Positions 37,301 to 48,900 of a DNA stretch of 64,000 bases are shown piece by piece. Numbering within the stretch: the stretch's first letter is position 1; every line of letters begins with the position of its first letter. The stretch is from assembly GCA_950097015.1 (NCBI GenBank), contig CATNEN010000024.1:4960001-5024000 (forward strand), read 5' to 3'. The DNA is from Macrostomum hystrix. Taxonomy: Eukaryota; Animalia; Platyhelminthes. The position numbers and the translations under genes were made by a program. The notes beneath the pieces are model-generated. The model searched no databases, was not told the origin of the DNA, and was given only the letters and a program-made list of their open reading frames with translations.

Positions 37301-38917
37301 TTGCCGAATACGAAGATGTTGAAAACCAGGCGGTAGTGCAACTGCCGATTGTAGCGGAATCTGAAACGGATACGAGAATATTGAAGGTCACTTTTCTAAC
37401 CTCAAATTCTGTTAACTGTCAACTTGAGAATCGCTAACCTACTAATCCCCTTCTTGAGAATCGCTATCCTACTAATCCCCTTCTTGAGAATCGCTATCCT
37501 ACTAATCCCCTTCTTGAGAATCGCTATCCTACTAATCCCCTACCTGAGAATCGCTATCCTACTAATCCCCTTCTTGAGAATCGCTATCCTACTAATCCCC
37601 TTCTTGAGAATCGCTATCCTACTAATCCCCTACCTGAGAATCGCTATCCTACTAATCCCCTTCTTGAGAATCGCTATCCTACTAATCCCCTTCTTGAGAA
37701 TCGCTATCCTACTAATCCCCTACCTGAGAATCGCTATCCTACTAATCCCCTTCTTGAGAATCGCTATCCTACTAATCTCCTACCTGAGAATCGCTATCCT
37801 ACTAATCCCCTTCTTGAGAATCGCTATCCTACTAATCCCCTTCTTGAGAATCGCTATCCTACTAATCCCCTACCTGAGAATCGCTAACCTACTAATCCCC
37901 TTCTTGAGAATCGCTATCCTACTAATCCCCTTCTTGAGAATCGCTATCCTACTAATCCCCTACCTGAGAATCGCTATCCTACTAATCCCCTTCTTGAGAA
38001 TCGCTATCCTACTAATCTCCTACCTGAGAATCGCTATCCTACTAATCCCCTTCTTGAGAATCGCTATCCTACTAATCCCCTTCTTGAGAATCGCTATCCT
38101 ACTAATCCCCTACCTGAGAATCGCTAACCTACTAATCCCCTTCTTGAGAATCGCTATCCTACTAATCCCCTTCTTGAGAATCGCTATCCTACTAATCCCC
38201 TTCTTGAGAATCGCTATCCTACTAATCCCCTTCTTGAGAATCGCTATCCTACTAATCCCCTACCTGAGAATCGCTATCCTACTAATCCCCTTCTTGAGAA
38301 TCGCTATCCTACTAATCCCCTACCTGAGAATCGCTAACCTACTAATCCCCTTCTTGAGAATCGCTATCCTACTAATCCCCTTCTTGAGAATCACCATCTT
38401 ATTACTCGCAATTCCGTGCCTGAGAAATCACCTACTGAATAATAATAAATGTTGAATGTTTAGGAGGCCATACTTTGCCTATAGGATAATCATTAATCCT
38501 CGCCTACTTGACAATCGTCTACCTCAATTGTCAATCGATTTGATTGAGTCGATTCTCAATCGGCGTAGAAAATCATATCCTAGGCCTATGAGAATCAATA
38601 TAATTTTGAATCAAGTTTTCAACGCACTTAGCCTTCAGCAACACCTGGTCCATTGGTTTCAACCAGAGTGTTGGCAGAACCTCCGGGTGCTTCAAGATCT
38701 GGCTGTGGTTGCTGGGCCGGGGGCTGGCGATGGCTTCGGTGAGTTTAGCTTTCTCCTCAGCTGACCAGCCAACAAAGCAGTGCGGCACGCAGCCGCTCTT
38801 AGCGAATCTCTGGTGGAGGGTGCTGCCTAAAACCTCGCGGTTCTGAATATCGACGGAGAATTCCGACTCGCCACCGGTGGTTTCAGTTTGAAAGTACTTT
38901 TGATAGCAGGCGGCCAT
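34333..38917 (-). CDS. Divergent p53/p63/p73-family protein (DNA-binding domain + putative oligomerisation domain + Q/S-rich linker + SAM domain)
   Basis: complement(join(34333..34926,35348..36248,36818..37341,38645..38917)), 763 aa, phases 0/2/0 consistent; the first donor GTGTTG is weak. GRFAFRVRAVASPYRD aligns without gaps to p53 GRNSFEVRVCACPGRD; CPSSHVDKNSKHGICVTVCLE to [21 protein letters not shown]; CPQC to CPHH; GGESEFSVDI and FAKSGC to the start of the domain and loop L1. The last exon has SAM-like VGHVLEMLGLTRYSGHF...GMTLDDAQKLRRAL. Confidence 0.75.
34965..35310. repeat. Intronic 30-nt minisatellite (AGGTGAGAGCCCAACCTGAAGCATCAGGGC)n
   Basis: p53-like intron 3. Confidence 0.92.
36295..36600. 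repeat. Intronic 32-nt minisatellite (GACTGATGCACCTGGCTGACTGGCAGTCTAAT)n
   Basis: p53-like intron 2, about 9 copies. Confidence 0.95.
37424..38395. repeat. Intronic 30-nt minisatellite (GAGAATCGCTATCCTACTAATCCCCTTCTT)n
   Basis: p53-like intron 1, about 32 copies; produces the spurious 343-aa ORF. Confidence 0.97.
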
Positions 38918-39909
38918 AATTTATCTTTTAGGCTGGAAAAACTTATAGTTTCATTTATTGTTCATTTATAGCCAAGCTCGCTAAAAGCCCTACAGAAACT
39001 TTGAAATTTTTCCTATTTTAAGGTAAACTTAGACGGCGAGAGTAACTATGGCGTCGCTTAATGCCTCGTCATCTAATTACACAAGTAGGCGTGGCAGATT
39101 TATACACATGGCAGAAAGGACACTGATTTGCTACTACAACGCGCATCAATGATAAAGGATGACAGTTTGAAGTCTGTTAAATATACTTTATTGTTTCCTA
39201 TATGGATGTAAGTCTAAAAAACAGTTAGAATCCGTGCTAATAAAATGTTATTGCTTTTGCGCAAAATGTAATCAATTTGGAAAAATCTATCAATCAAAAA
39301 TAAATGAAAGGCATCGCAAAAAATAGTTATTGCCAATCAATAAATTAACTAATTTGCAACATTTGAAAGGTACTTAAAATATCCCAATAGGGGGATAAAC
39401 TCTTCAAGCGAAGCGAACCAAATTTTCATCGGATCAATGAAAATGAGCTCGGAAAAGCTCAAAGACACAGATAGCTGTGAATGGAAAAATAGTCTCGAAT
39501 TTCATGACAAAAACTAGTCGACTGTCATACAGCAACACATTTCTAGTACAATATATTACGATGCCTAGTTATTTATTATGTCATCCCACGTTGACATAAA
39601 AGAATAGCTACACCGCTGAGCAGGAATCCCTAGTTGCTATGCAAAAATACTTCGTTGCTATGCAAGACTTTTTCGTTGCTATGCAAGAATCTCTAGTTGC
39701 TATGCGATAATCTCTAGTTGGTATGAAACAATCTCTAGTTGCTATGCGAGAATCAATCGATACTGCGCGAAAACCGTAGATGGTTTTTCTGTCATTCAGG
39801 AATTCAATATGCTCTAACTGTGTTATCAGTAGCGTGAAAAATCGCTATCAGTTGCTAATACTCTCTTCCACAATGCAAACAAAAAATAGAAATAATCGCA
39901 AGCTCCAGC

Positions 39910-42900
39910 CTACAGTTCAAACAGAGCCGCCTTGGGCACCTGGCCGCACAGAGCGTCCCGAATCTGGTCCAGACAGAGCATCTGCATTCCCAGCCGGGTC
40001 TGGCGCGTGTGCGTCCCGAAATGCGGCGTCACCCAGACGTTCAGCCGGCCATTGGCCAGCAGCGGATGCTCAGCCGGCAGCGGCTCCGGCTCCGTGACGT
40101 CCAGCCCGGCGCCTGCGATGATGCCAGCCTCCAGAGCAGCCAGCAGGGCCTCAGTGTCGACGATGCCGCCGCGGGCCACGTTGATAAGCGCCGCCGTCGG
40201 CCGCATGAGTTGCAGGGTGTCGGCGTTGATCAGGTGCCAAGTTTCCGGCCCCAGCGGGCAGGCGGTGACAACGAAGTCACACCGCGGCAACAGGTCAGCC
40301 AGGCTGACGCAATACTCCGCGCCACCCAACTGCACCTCCAGCTGGGGCTCCGCCCGATGACGCTGATGATAGAATAAGCGACAGCCGAAGCCCAGGCCGC
40401 ATCGTCTGGCGATGCAGCGGCCGATGGCACCGAGGCCGACAATGCCGACGCTCGCGCCGGCCAGGTCGCTGCCCAGAGGCACAACGGAGCCGCTCCAATT
40501 GGCTGGGCCAACGGCATGGATCTGCTCGAACACCTGGCGCTGCCGTCTAGCCACATTCAGCATGAGCAGCAGGGCAACGTCGGCGGTGGCCTCGGCGATG
40601 ACTACCGGCGTGTGCGTCACTAGGATGCCACGCGATCTGCAGAATATTCACCATTATTTGCCAACATTTCTACTCAGAGTAGCAAAAACTTACACTTAAA
40701 CTTCGTCTTACACTGCCGTTTCTCTCTCTTACACCTGCCTTTTCTCTCTCTCTCTTACACTTCACCGTTTCTCTCTCTCTTTCTCCTCGCCGTTTCTCTC
40801 TTCTCTCTCTCACCTCGCCGTTTCTCTCTCTCTTTCACCTCGCCGTCTCTCTCTCTCTCTCTCTCTTAGACCTCGCTATCTCTCTCTCTTAGACCTCGCC
40901 GTCTCCCTCTCTCTCTCTCTTAGACCTCGCCGTCTCTCTCTCTCCTTCACCTCACCGTTTCTCTCTCTCTCTCTTAGACCTCGCAGTCTCTCTCTCTCTC
41001 CCTCTCTTAGACCTCGCCGTTTCGGCCGCGTCGGCGGCTTCATCGGCGGCGTCGTCGGCGGCTTCGTCGGCGGCTTCAACGGTGGCTTCAACGACAGCTT
41101 CTACGGCGACTTCAACGGCGTCCTCTCTATTGCCAGGCTCTGGAAGGCCAGTTTGTCCAACATCAGGAGGGCTTTCCCGGCCGCGACCATTTGGGTGGTA
41201 CAGGTGGTCTGCCCCCGGATTCGCCTGCTGTCCTGAAGAGTAACTGCGACAAGACAAACCAGCTACTGAGCAGCCACCGGTCCAACAACTTGATATCGCT
41301 GGACACCTCGGAGCTAATATTTCGAAGGGACCGGATCACTCTGGAGCGAAAATCGGCTGATGAGGCATTCGCTGCCACCCTGAAGGCAGTGAACGAACCG
41401 GCAAAAAACTGAGCGGCTCACTCACCGAACACTTACACCGGACGAACAGAAACTACTGGAACGGGGCCAGTCCTTTGTAGTGGCTCCCCGCTACACCTCG
41501 GCGGCAGCAATGTCGTCAGGCATAAGCGACTTCAGCAAGCGTCTGGCCGTTTCGGCAGTTTGAGGCTACAAGCGTGAATTACCAAGGAAAGAAGGACCAA
41601 CCCCGCCGAACCGTCCACTAGCCAGCATCAACCCACTCCATCTCAGGCCCGACACACAAGCCATGCTACTGGAGCTGGAAGAAATCAAGAACGGCATCCA
41701 CGACTGCAAGAACATTCCAAACATCAGCGAAGCCGAGGCAAGAGCACTGCGGGACCTTCGCGCCGACAAGTTCATCGTCATCAAGCCGGCCGACAAGGGC
41801 AGTCAGCTGGTTATAATCGACCGACAGAACTATGTGCGCGAATGCCGGCGGCAACTGGAGGACCCACTCTTCTATCAAGACCCAAGCGGTTGATGAAGCG
41901 CCGATCAACCGCTTCACGGCCCAATGGATTCGAGCAGTCTTCCAGTCACTCCTAGACCGCAGGATAATCGACAGGCGCCAATTCAACGCCTTCAACCCGA
42001 AGGAGGAGTTCCGGACCCGGTGTTTCTACGTCCTGCCAAAAATTCACAAACCGGTCGAGACGTGCCCACTAGACAGTATCCCTCCAGGTCGGCCCATCAT
42101 ATCGGACGTGGACAGCGTGTCCTACGCCATCGGCCGCTTCATCGATAGCTATCTACAACCAATAGTGATCAAGTTTACTCAATCAATAGTGATTGAGTAA
42201 GATAGCCTGACGCTAGCTTACTCACTTTGCTCAAGCTGAACCTGGAGCGTAACGATGTGGGTTCGAAGGCAAATTTTTCCTTCAGTGAAATGCACTGCGA
42301 TGGGCAAGTCATTTGCACCCAGCTATAGCAATATTTACATGGGCTACTGGGAGCGTAGAGGCTTGGAGTCCAGTCCCATCAAACCCGCTCTGTGGCTACG
42401 ATACATCGACGACATTTTCGGCGTCTGGCGGGGAACAAAGGACGAACTCATCCGCTTCCACCAACATCTGAACGAACTGGATCCAAACATCAAACTTCAG
42501 CTGAGTTATAGCGACACCAAAGTGAATTTTCTGGGCATAAAAGTCTTCTGGGACCGCGACAAAGACAAGAAGAGGCTAGGCACGAAGGTGTACTTCAAGC
42601 CCACTGATAGCCGAGCCCTCATCCACCGCGAATCATTCCATCCTAAGCGAACATTCAAAGCCCGACGCTGTTCCCGGATGGCCGACTTCGATCAGTGTTA
42701 CAGCAGACGATTCTTGCGCGACACTAAATATGAAGTGCTGACGGAACTGAGATTCTACCCAACCAAGCAATGGGAATTCGACTTTCTGCCCTGAAACGCG
42801 AGTCGACTCTGCAAGGCTTGCCGAGCACACGCGAGGTTCACCTCGGTCTGTCCAGGATCCGCGGCCACGACAGTTAAGTTAGTCATCCGCCAAAGAGTCA

Positions 42901-45900
42901 ATTGCAACTTCGTCAACGCCGTCTACACCGTGTTCTGCCGCCGATGCGACCACACGGTGTATGTCGGGGAGACAGCGAACAGCATCCGAGCACGCATACT
43001 GGCGCATATGGGCGACATCAGGAACTCGCGCGACACACCAGTGGCCCGACACTTCACCAACGAGGGCCACAACCTGGCAGACTGCCTTCACCGGTGTGGA
43101 CACGCCGTCCACACGATGACTCGGGACCACGAACTGGTGAGCGACGTCAACGCCACGAGGCTAAACTCATCGAAGCCCTGAGGACTGGCGTCCCACACGG
43201 CGTCAATGAGTCAATGAGTGTACTGCACAACCCGGCCATCCCCCTGATACTGCCACACTGTACAAGGTCCGACAGCCTGGTCGCTACAGTCAGGGACAGC
43301 GTAGCTCGCCACTGCACCGCCCCGATTCTACCGGCTTTTACTAAGGGACGAAGCCTACGCGAGTTACTCTGCCACAGCCGTCTAGAACCGGCACAATGAT
43401 CTTTGATTGCGTATTTTGCTCCACTGCACTCTCCGGTCATTCAATGCTCTATTTTATTCGACTTTTAGGGTCAGAGTGGCCCTTGGTTTTTACACACTCT
43501 GCAACCAGTCATCCTAGGCGCTTTTACTTAAGAGTCTACGACTCACTCTACATTGCAAACATGTACGAGTACATACCATATTCACGCACACAGCTCATTT
43601 CGCTATCGTTCTCTTACACCTATACATCACCGTTTTCACTGCACCTATGAAAATCGCTCATTTTGCCCTGACGAAGATTATAATATAATCGAAAATTCAG
43701 CACTTTTTAATCTTGACGGACTTTCCTCCTTTTTTGCCGTGTCAGTGTCTGCGAGGTTCGAGGCGCTCCTCCTCTCTCCCTCTCTCTCTTATACCTCGCC
43801 GTTTCTCTCTCTCTCTGTGTTAGACCTCGCCGTTCCTCTCTCCCTTTTTTACCCGCCTGGCTTTTTGGTCCGGATTTCATCCGGATTTGGTCCGGAATAA
43901 TCCGTTTTAAGGGGTTTTTCCGGATGAACCAGAATTTCGTCCGGTTTCGCTCCGGTTTTAAGTATCCGGCAAATAAGCGGACCACTTTACGGACCAAAAC
44001 CGGATAAAGTTGCCTAATGTTAGTGATTTTAGTCCGGTTTTCATCCGAATTTTTTCCGGTTGCTTGTCTGTCCAAAAAACGTACAAGAACCGGGCTCAGA
44101 TCCGGATTAACTCCGGATGAAGATCGAATTTTGCCCGGAAAGTGGTCCGCTTTCTCTTCCGGTGATTCGTACGCACTCAACCGGATAAAAGCAGGAGCGG
44201 GAACCGGACGAAGAGCGGCAGTAATCCCTGTTAAGCAATGCTGTACAGCAGAATGATTTAATCACAAACTGATGTCCGTGGTGAACAGCCAAATATAACT
44301 ATGGCTAAAGGACTACATTTTAGATGCGTCTAATTCCTGTCCCGTAAAACCATCCGCCTCATCAGTGTCACAAAATGTAATCACTGTAATGGCTGTCATA
44401 AATTTAATCACAAATAAATTTAAACGCTGTGAAAAATTTCATCACTATAGTCTCTGTAATCACAGTGACTAGCAAAAATTCGTATTATTCGCTTCCTTTC
44501 TCAGTCACCTAGATATACGCTTAATCTCCAAATTGTGGCTATAAAGACATGGGTATGAACAGATAAAAAGGTTTCAGGGTACCAACCTAAGGGTACAGCT
44601 TAGAGCATTACAAATTTTTACAAGTCTAGTATTCCGTCTTAGAAATCTATGTATAATAACATGTTTCAGCGTATACCAAGAAATCAGCTGCCGGAGTAAA
44701 AGAAATAAAAAGGCAATGGAAGACTCGTAAAAGAAATAAAAAGGCAATGGAAGACTCGTCCCTACATCGTCGCCTCTACATGCGCAGGTACATGAACCGC
44801 AAGCGCGTTCAGGCTCGCCTTAACAGATGCTCACGCTCTCCTCTAGGTGACGGGCGTAGGAGGACACCCGACGAGGGCGACTCTGATGCCAGCCCCGCTG
44901 ACGCTGACAGGCACAGCGATACCTCCGACGAGGGCGACTCTGATGCCAGCCCCGCTGACGCTGACAGGCACAGCGATACCTCCGACGAGGGCGACTCTGA
45001 TGCCAGCCCCGCTGACGCTGACAGGCACAGCGATACCTCCGACGAGGGCGACTCTGATGCCAGCCCCGCTGACGCTGACAGGCACAGCGATACCTCCGAC
45101 GAGGGCGACTCTGATGTCAACCCCGCTGACACTGACGATGACGCCGACGCTAACAAGCGCAGCGAGACCTCCGAGGAGGGCGACTCCGAATCCGATGACG
45201 GTGAAACTGGTAAGTGTGGTATACCAACGTAACAACAGGCCATTATTAGCACTCTGTGACAGAATACGATGAGGCACAAAATCGCTACCAACATTTCTTC
45301 TCTTTGAAGGCGACGACGCTGCTCACGAAGATGAACATGCACTCGATGTCAAGTTGCTGCGTCCCTGGCATCCCGCACTGCCACGAACCGTTGGAGAGGC
45401 GCTTAGCGAGATCCTGTCATGCGCCACCGACCTGAAAGTATCCCGTGGTGGCGTGACCAGAATTTTGCGTCTGCTGCACCGTTTGGTTCCCGGAAACGCG
45501 TTGCCCAAAGGTGGTCGAGCAGCCCGCGAAGCCATTTCATCGGCGCAGTCAGTTATGCACAGTTCGAGGTGCTCGACAGTGTGCAACGACTGTCACTCGA
45601 ATTTTCCTGGCCAACAATGCGACTCCGAACGGGATCAGTGCCCCCAATGTGGATCGGTAAACATCGGCAACTTCTGGGACTTCGACGTCCAGAGACAGCT
45701 ACGGACACTGGTATTGCACCGCCAGTTGTTGGAGCATGCCACCTTTCCTATTGACCAGCAAGTCAGTACCGAAACAATCCACATGGTGAACAGCGAACTG
45801 TATAAGGTCTTTGTTGAGGGCATAGACCCGGGAAGTCGCAGCGATCTCTCTGGAATGATCTGTGGAGACGGCTTTCCCTTGCGTACGACCAGCTGCACTG

Positions 45901-48900
45901 AGGTCTACCCTGTCTACCTTAGCATAAACGAAATAGCAGATCCATTTAAACTGCGGTTTGTGATGAAGGTAGCCGCCTATGTCTCAAAGAAGAAGCTACA
46001 TCCTGCGGCGTTTATGCCGATCGTGGTGGATAAGTTAAATGCTCTTCGTATTGATGGCATCCAGTTCATCGACAGCCACAACGTTCGACGGCGTCTACGT
46101 GTACACACACTAATTGCTATGTTTGACGCACCCGCGCGTGCCGACGCTCTGAGTCTGAGACGTTTCTCCGCAACGTATGGCTGCGACAAATGCTATATTC
46201 GAACAGCTCTGCACCCATCCCGCTCTGGTCGCGTCTACGACGTTGACATCACGCCTGCTATGCAGAATGATGCGCGTCGCCTAGGCTGTGAACAGACGGT
46301 AGTACGCTCGGCGCATGACACCCAGCATTTGGCTGAGTATCATGCTCAGCAAGGACGCACGTTTCTAACCGATACATTGGGCGTGCGCGGATGTTCGCCA
46401 CTTACTCGCTTGTACGGTTTCGACATCATACGGGGAACCCCGCCATGTTTTCTTCATCAACTCTGCTCTGGTCTTGTGCGCTACATGCTATTTCAACTAT
46501 TCCTTGTGCGCGCTGAAAAACCAGACAAGGGTCCGACTAATTGTCCCGATTTGCATGCTCGCATAAGGGTCATTAAGACGAGAATGGATCTCATTCGAGT
46601 GCCCCGCTGTGTTCAGCGCCATAATGTCCGAGGACTGACTGACGTCCGGCACCTTCGGGGTCACGAACTGGCTATCTACATTCTGGCCTACGCACCTTTA
46701 GTTCTCGAGGAGTTTCTCCCCGACGAACACTATTGGCACCTGCTGATCCTGTCCTCTGCCGTCTTCTGGATGTGCCTTGATAGCGCGCCGAAGTCCGAGC
46801 TGCGTCACGTGGAGACGTCTCTCAGGCATTTCCATGCCAACTTGCCGCGGTTGTACTCTCTAAGAGCCCTGACTTACAATGCGCATCAAGTTTGTTGCCA
46901 TATGCTGCCCTCCGTGTTGCTCGCCGGGCCACTGCACAGGCTGTCGGCTGGTCTCTTTGAGTCAATGCACGTTCGACTGAGAGACCAACTGCATGGGACC
47001 CGCCGGACAGACATCGAATTGGTCGGCGCAATTGAACGCGAGTTTGCTGCCATTCAGGCGCAGGCCTCTACTTTTGGCGACAATGCAGAACTCGGTGGCC
47101 AGATGCGTGCGATGCTCACAGAGTCAATCGTCTGCGGCAATGTTGTTCTGAAGCGACCTAAACATATGGTCGATGGCTGGCAGACAGCCACACTGCAGTC
47201 CGGCTTCGAGGTCGAAGTCTTCAATCCAGAATTGGATGCGGACAACGAGAAGTGCAGACGATCGTGCAGCAGCTTTGTAGCCATTAAACGACAGTTTGAC
47301 CAGACATCGTTCGCATTTGCACGTGTGGCTGCTATCAATGTCGACGGTGAGGACGTGGAGATGACGGTCGACATAGTCCCCGTAGAAGACGACTATTTCG
47401 ATCCACTAGAGTCCCTGTGTCGTGTGCGTGCGACGACAGAAGAGCGCGGTTGTCGCTTCGCTCACGTGCGCCGGCTTCTGGGCAATCCGTTCGGCCCTGC
47501 GACAACCTGGAACGCATCCCGTGTGCCTGTGCGTGATATTGTCGGATCGTGTGTATTGACGGCTGGTAAAATCGCGCTGCTACCCTATTCGCAGCTCAAT
47601 TACCACTGACTCTGTTTCCTTTCTTCTCATAGCACGCTCCCTGCTCATACACACTTCCCTAGCACCGCTCTCAGTAGACATTGAAGCCCAATGCGTCAAG
47701 AGTCTCCCGATTCACATTTCCTGTTATATCGCTGTCTGGATACAGTTTTCTGTTGCTTTAAACTAACTTTTTTACACTGCAGCACGAATTAAGAGGATGC
47801 TTAATTATGCCCAATTATTAGTCACGTTTTCCCATGTAGCGGTAATGTTATTTTTTATAATCATCATGTTGGCTGTCTGTAATTACTTCATTTGCTGGAT
47901 GTCGTGTGTACGTAGTACTAAAACAAAATAAACTGCGCTCCTCGATTTGAAACTATTACAACTTCGATTCATGGCCATGGACGGTTCTTCCCGTGTCGCA
48001 TAATCCATTCCATACGTTGCCACCAGAATCCACACCCTAATCAAACTCAAATTCCCAGAAAATGTTGAGCTCACGTCTCACATCAATACTCTGACGTGTG
48101 TAGAAAATATACTTCGGCTCTATATAGAAGACCTTCTATTTTCAGTCCACGCCAGCCACAAAGGACCACTGGACGCACGCCGCTAGTTGCCCAGTCTGTA
48201 CCGCGTTATCTGAAGACAACAAGATGCTGCGGGCCGAGCTGCACCGGCTTCGCGAAGGCAGCCAGAGTCGACCGACGTCGCCTGTTTTTCACTCCAGTTT
48301 GGCTTTGCGATACCACCGAGCACTTTGCGCTTCAGACGAGCTACCATCAACGCAGGTGATGTCAGGCGCATGGCCGAATCTGCAGCATCAGGCCGAAAGC
48401 GTGACGCCCCGGCGTCCATTGGCGGCATCCACTGGCCAATGGTCCGGACCCCTGCATTTAGACGACGGCTCAGACAACGTTCCGTCTGATGCTGCCATTG
48501 GAGCCCCTGCTGATGCCGCCGGAGCTGCTGCAGTCACCGGAGCCCCTGCTGATGTCGCCGGATCGGCTGCCGCCGGAGCTGCTGCTGGAGACCTTGTGTT
48601 CGTCGGCCGACCAGGTGGCCTTTTCTTTGGAAAGTCAGCGGCAGAAATGAAAGCTGACTACAACCGGCTTCCAGAGAAGAAGGCCGCCGGTCCAGCGAGC
48701 GTGTACGTCTGCCGCCGACAAGCCGACCGAATGGAACTGGAGGCCCATTGCTGCCCGGAGTGTGAAGGCTGGTATGCAGGTATGTCACCCGACAGCCGTA
48801 GAAAGCGTCTGCAGCTGGCGGGCAGACATAGAAGCAACCAGCCGAAGCTGAATCACGACGCCCAGTTCTGGGCAATAGACATGCCCCCCACCCCACCGGA

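Noticed and set aside
36814-37341. MATH/TRAF or EBF/CudA-type reading of this exon
   Set aside because: Only short superficial similarities (WTVAGRFAFRV; NSKHG). The p53 alignment explains four separate motifs in the correct order plus the SAM domain.
46435-46470. Loss of a catalytic Asp in the transposase (PPCFLH instead of DxMH)
   Set aside because: In CMC transposases the triad maps to the CGDG, FDAPAR and FE motifs, all intact here; the LH motif itself is retained.
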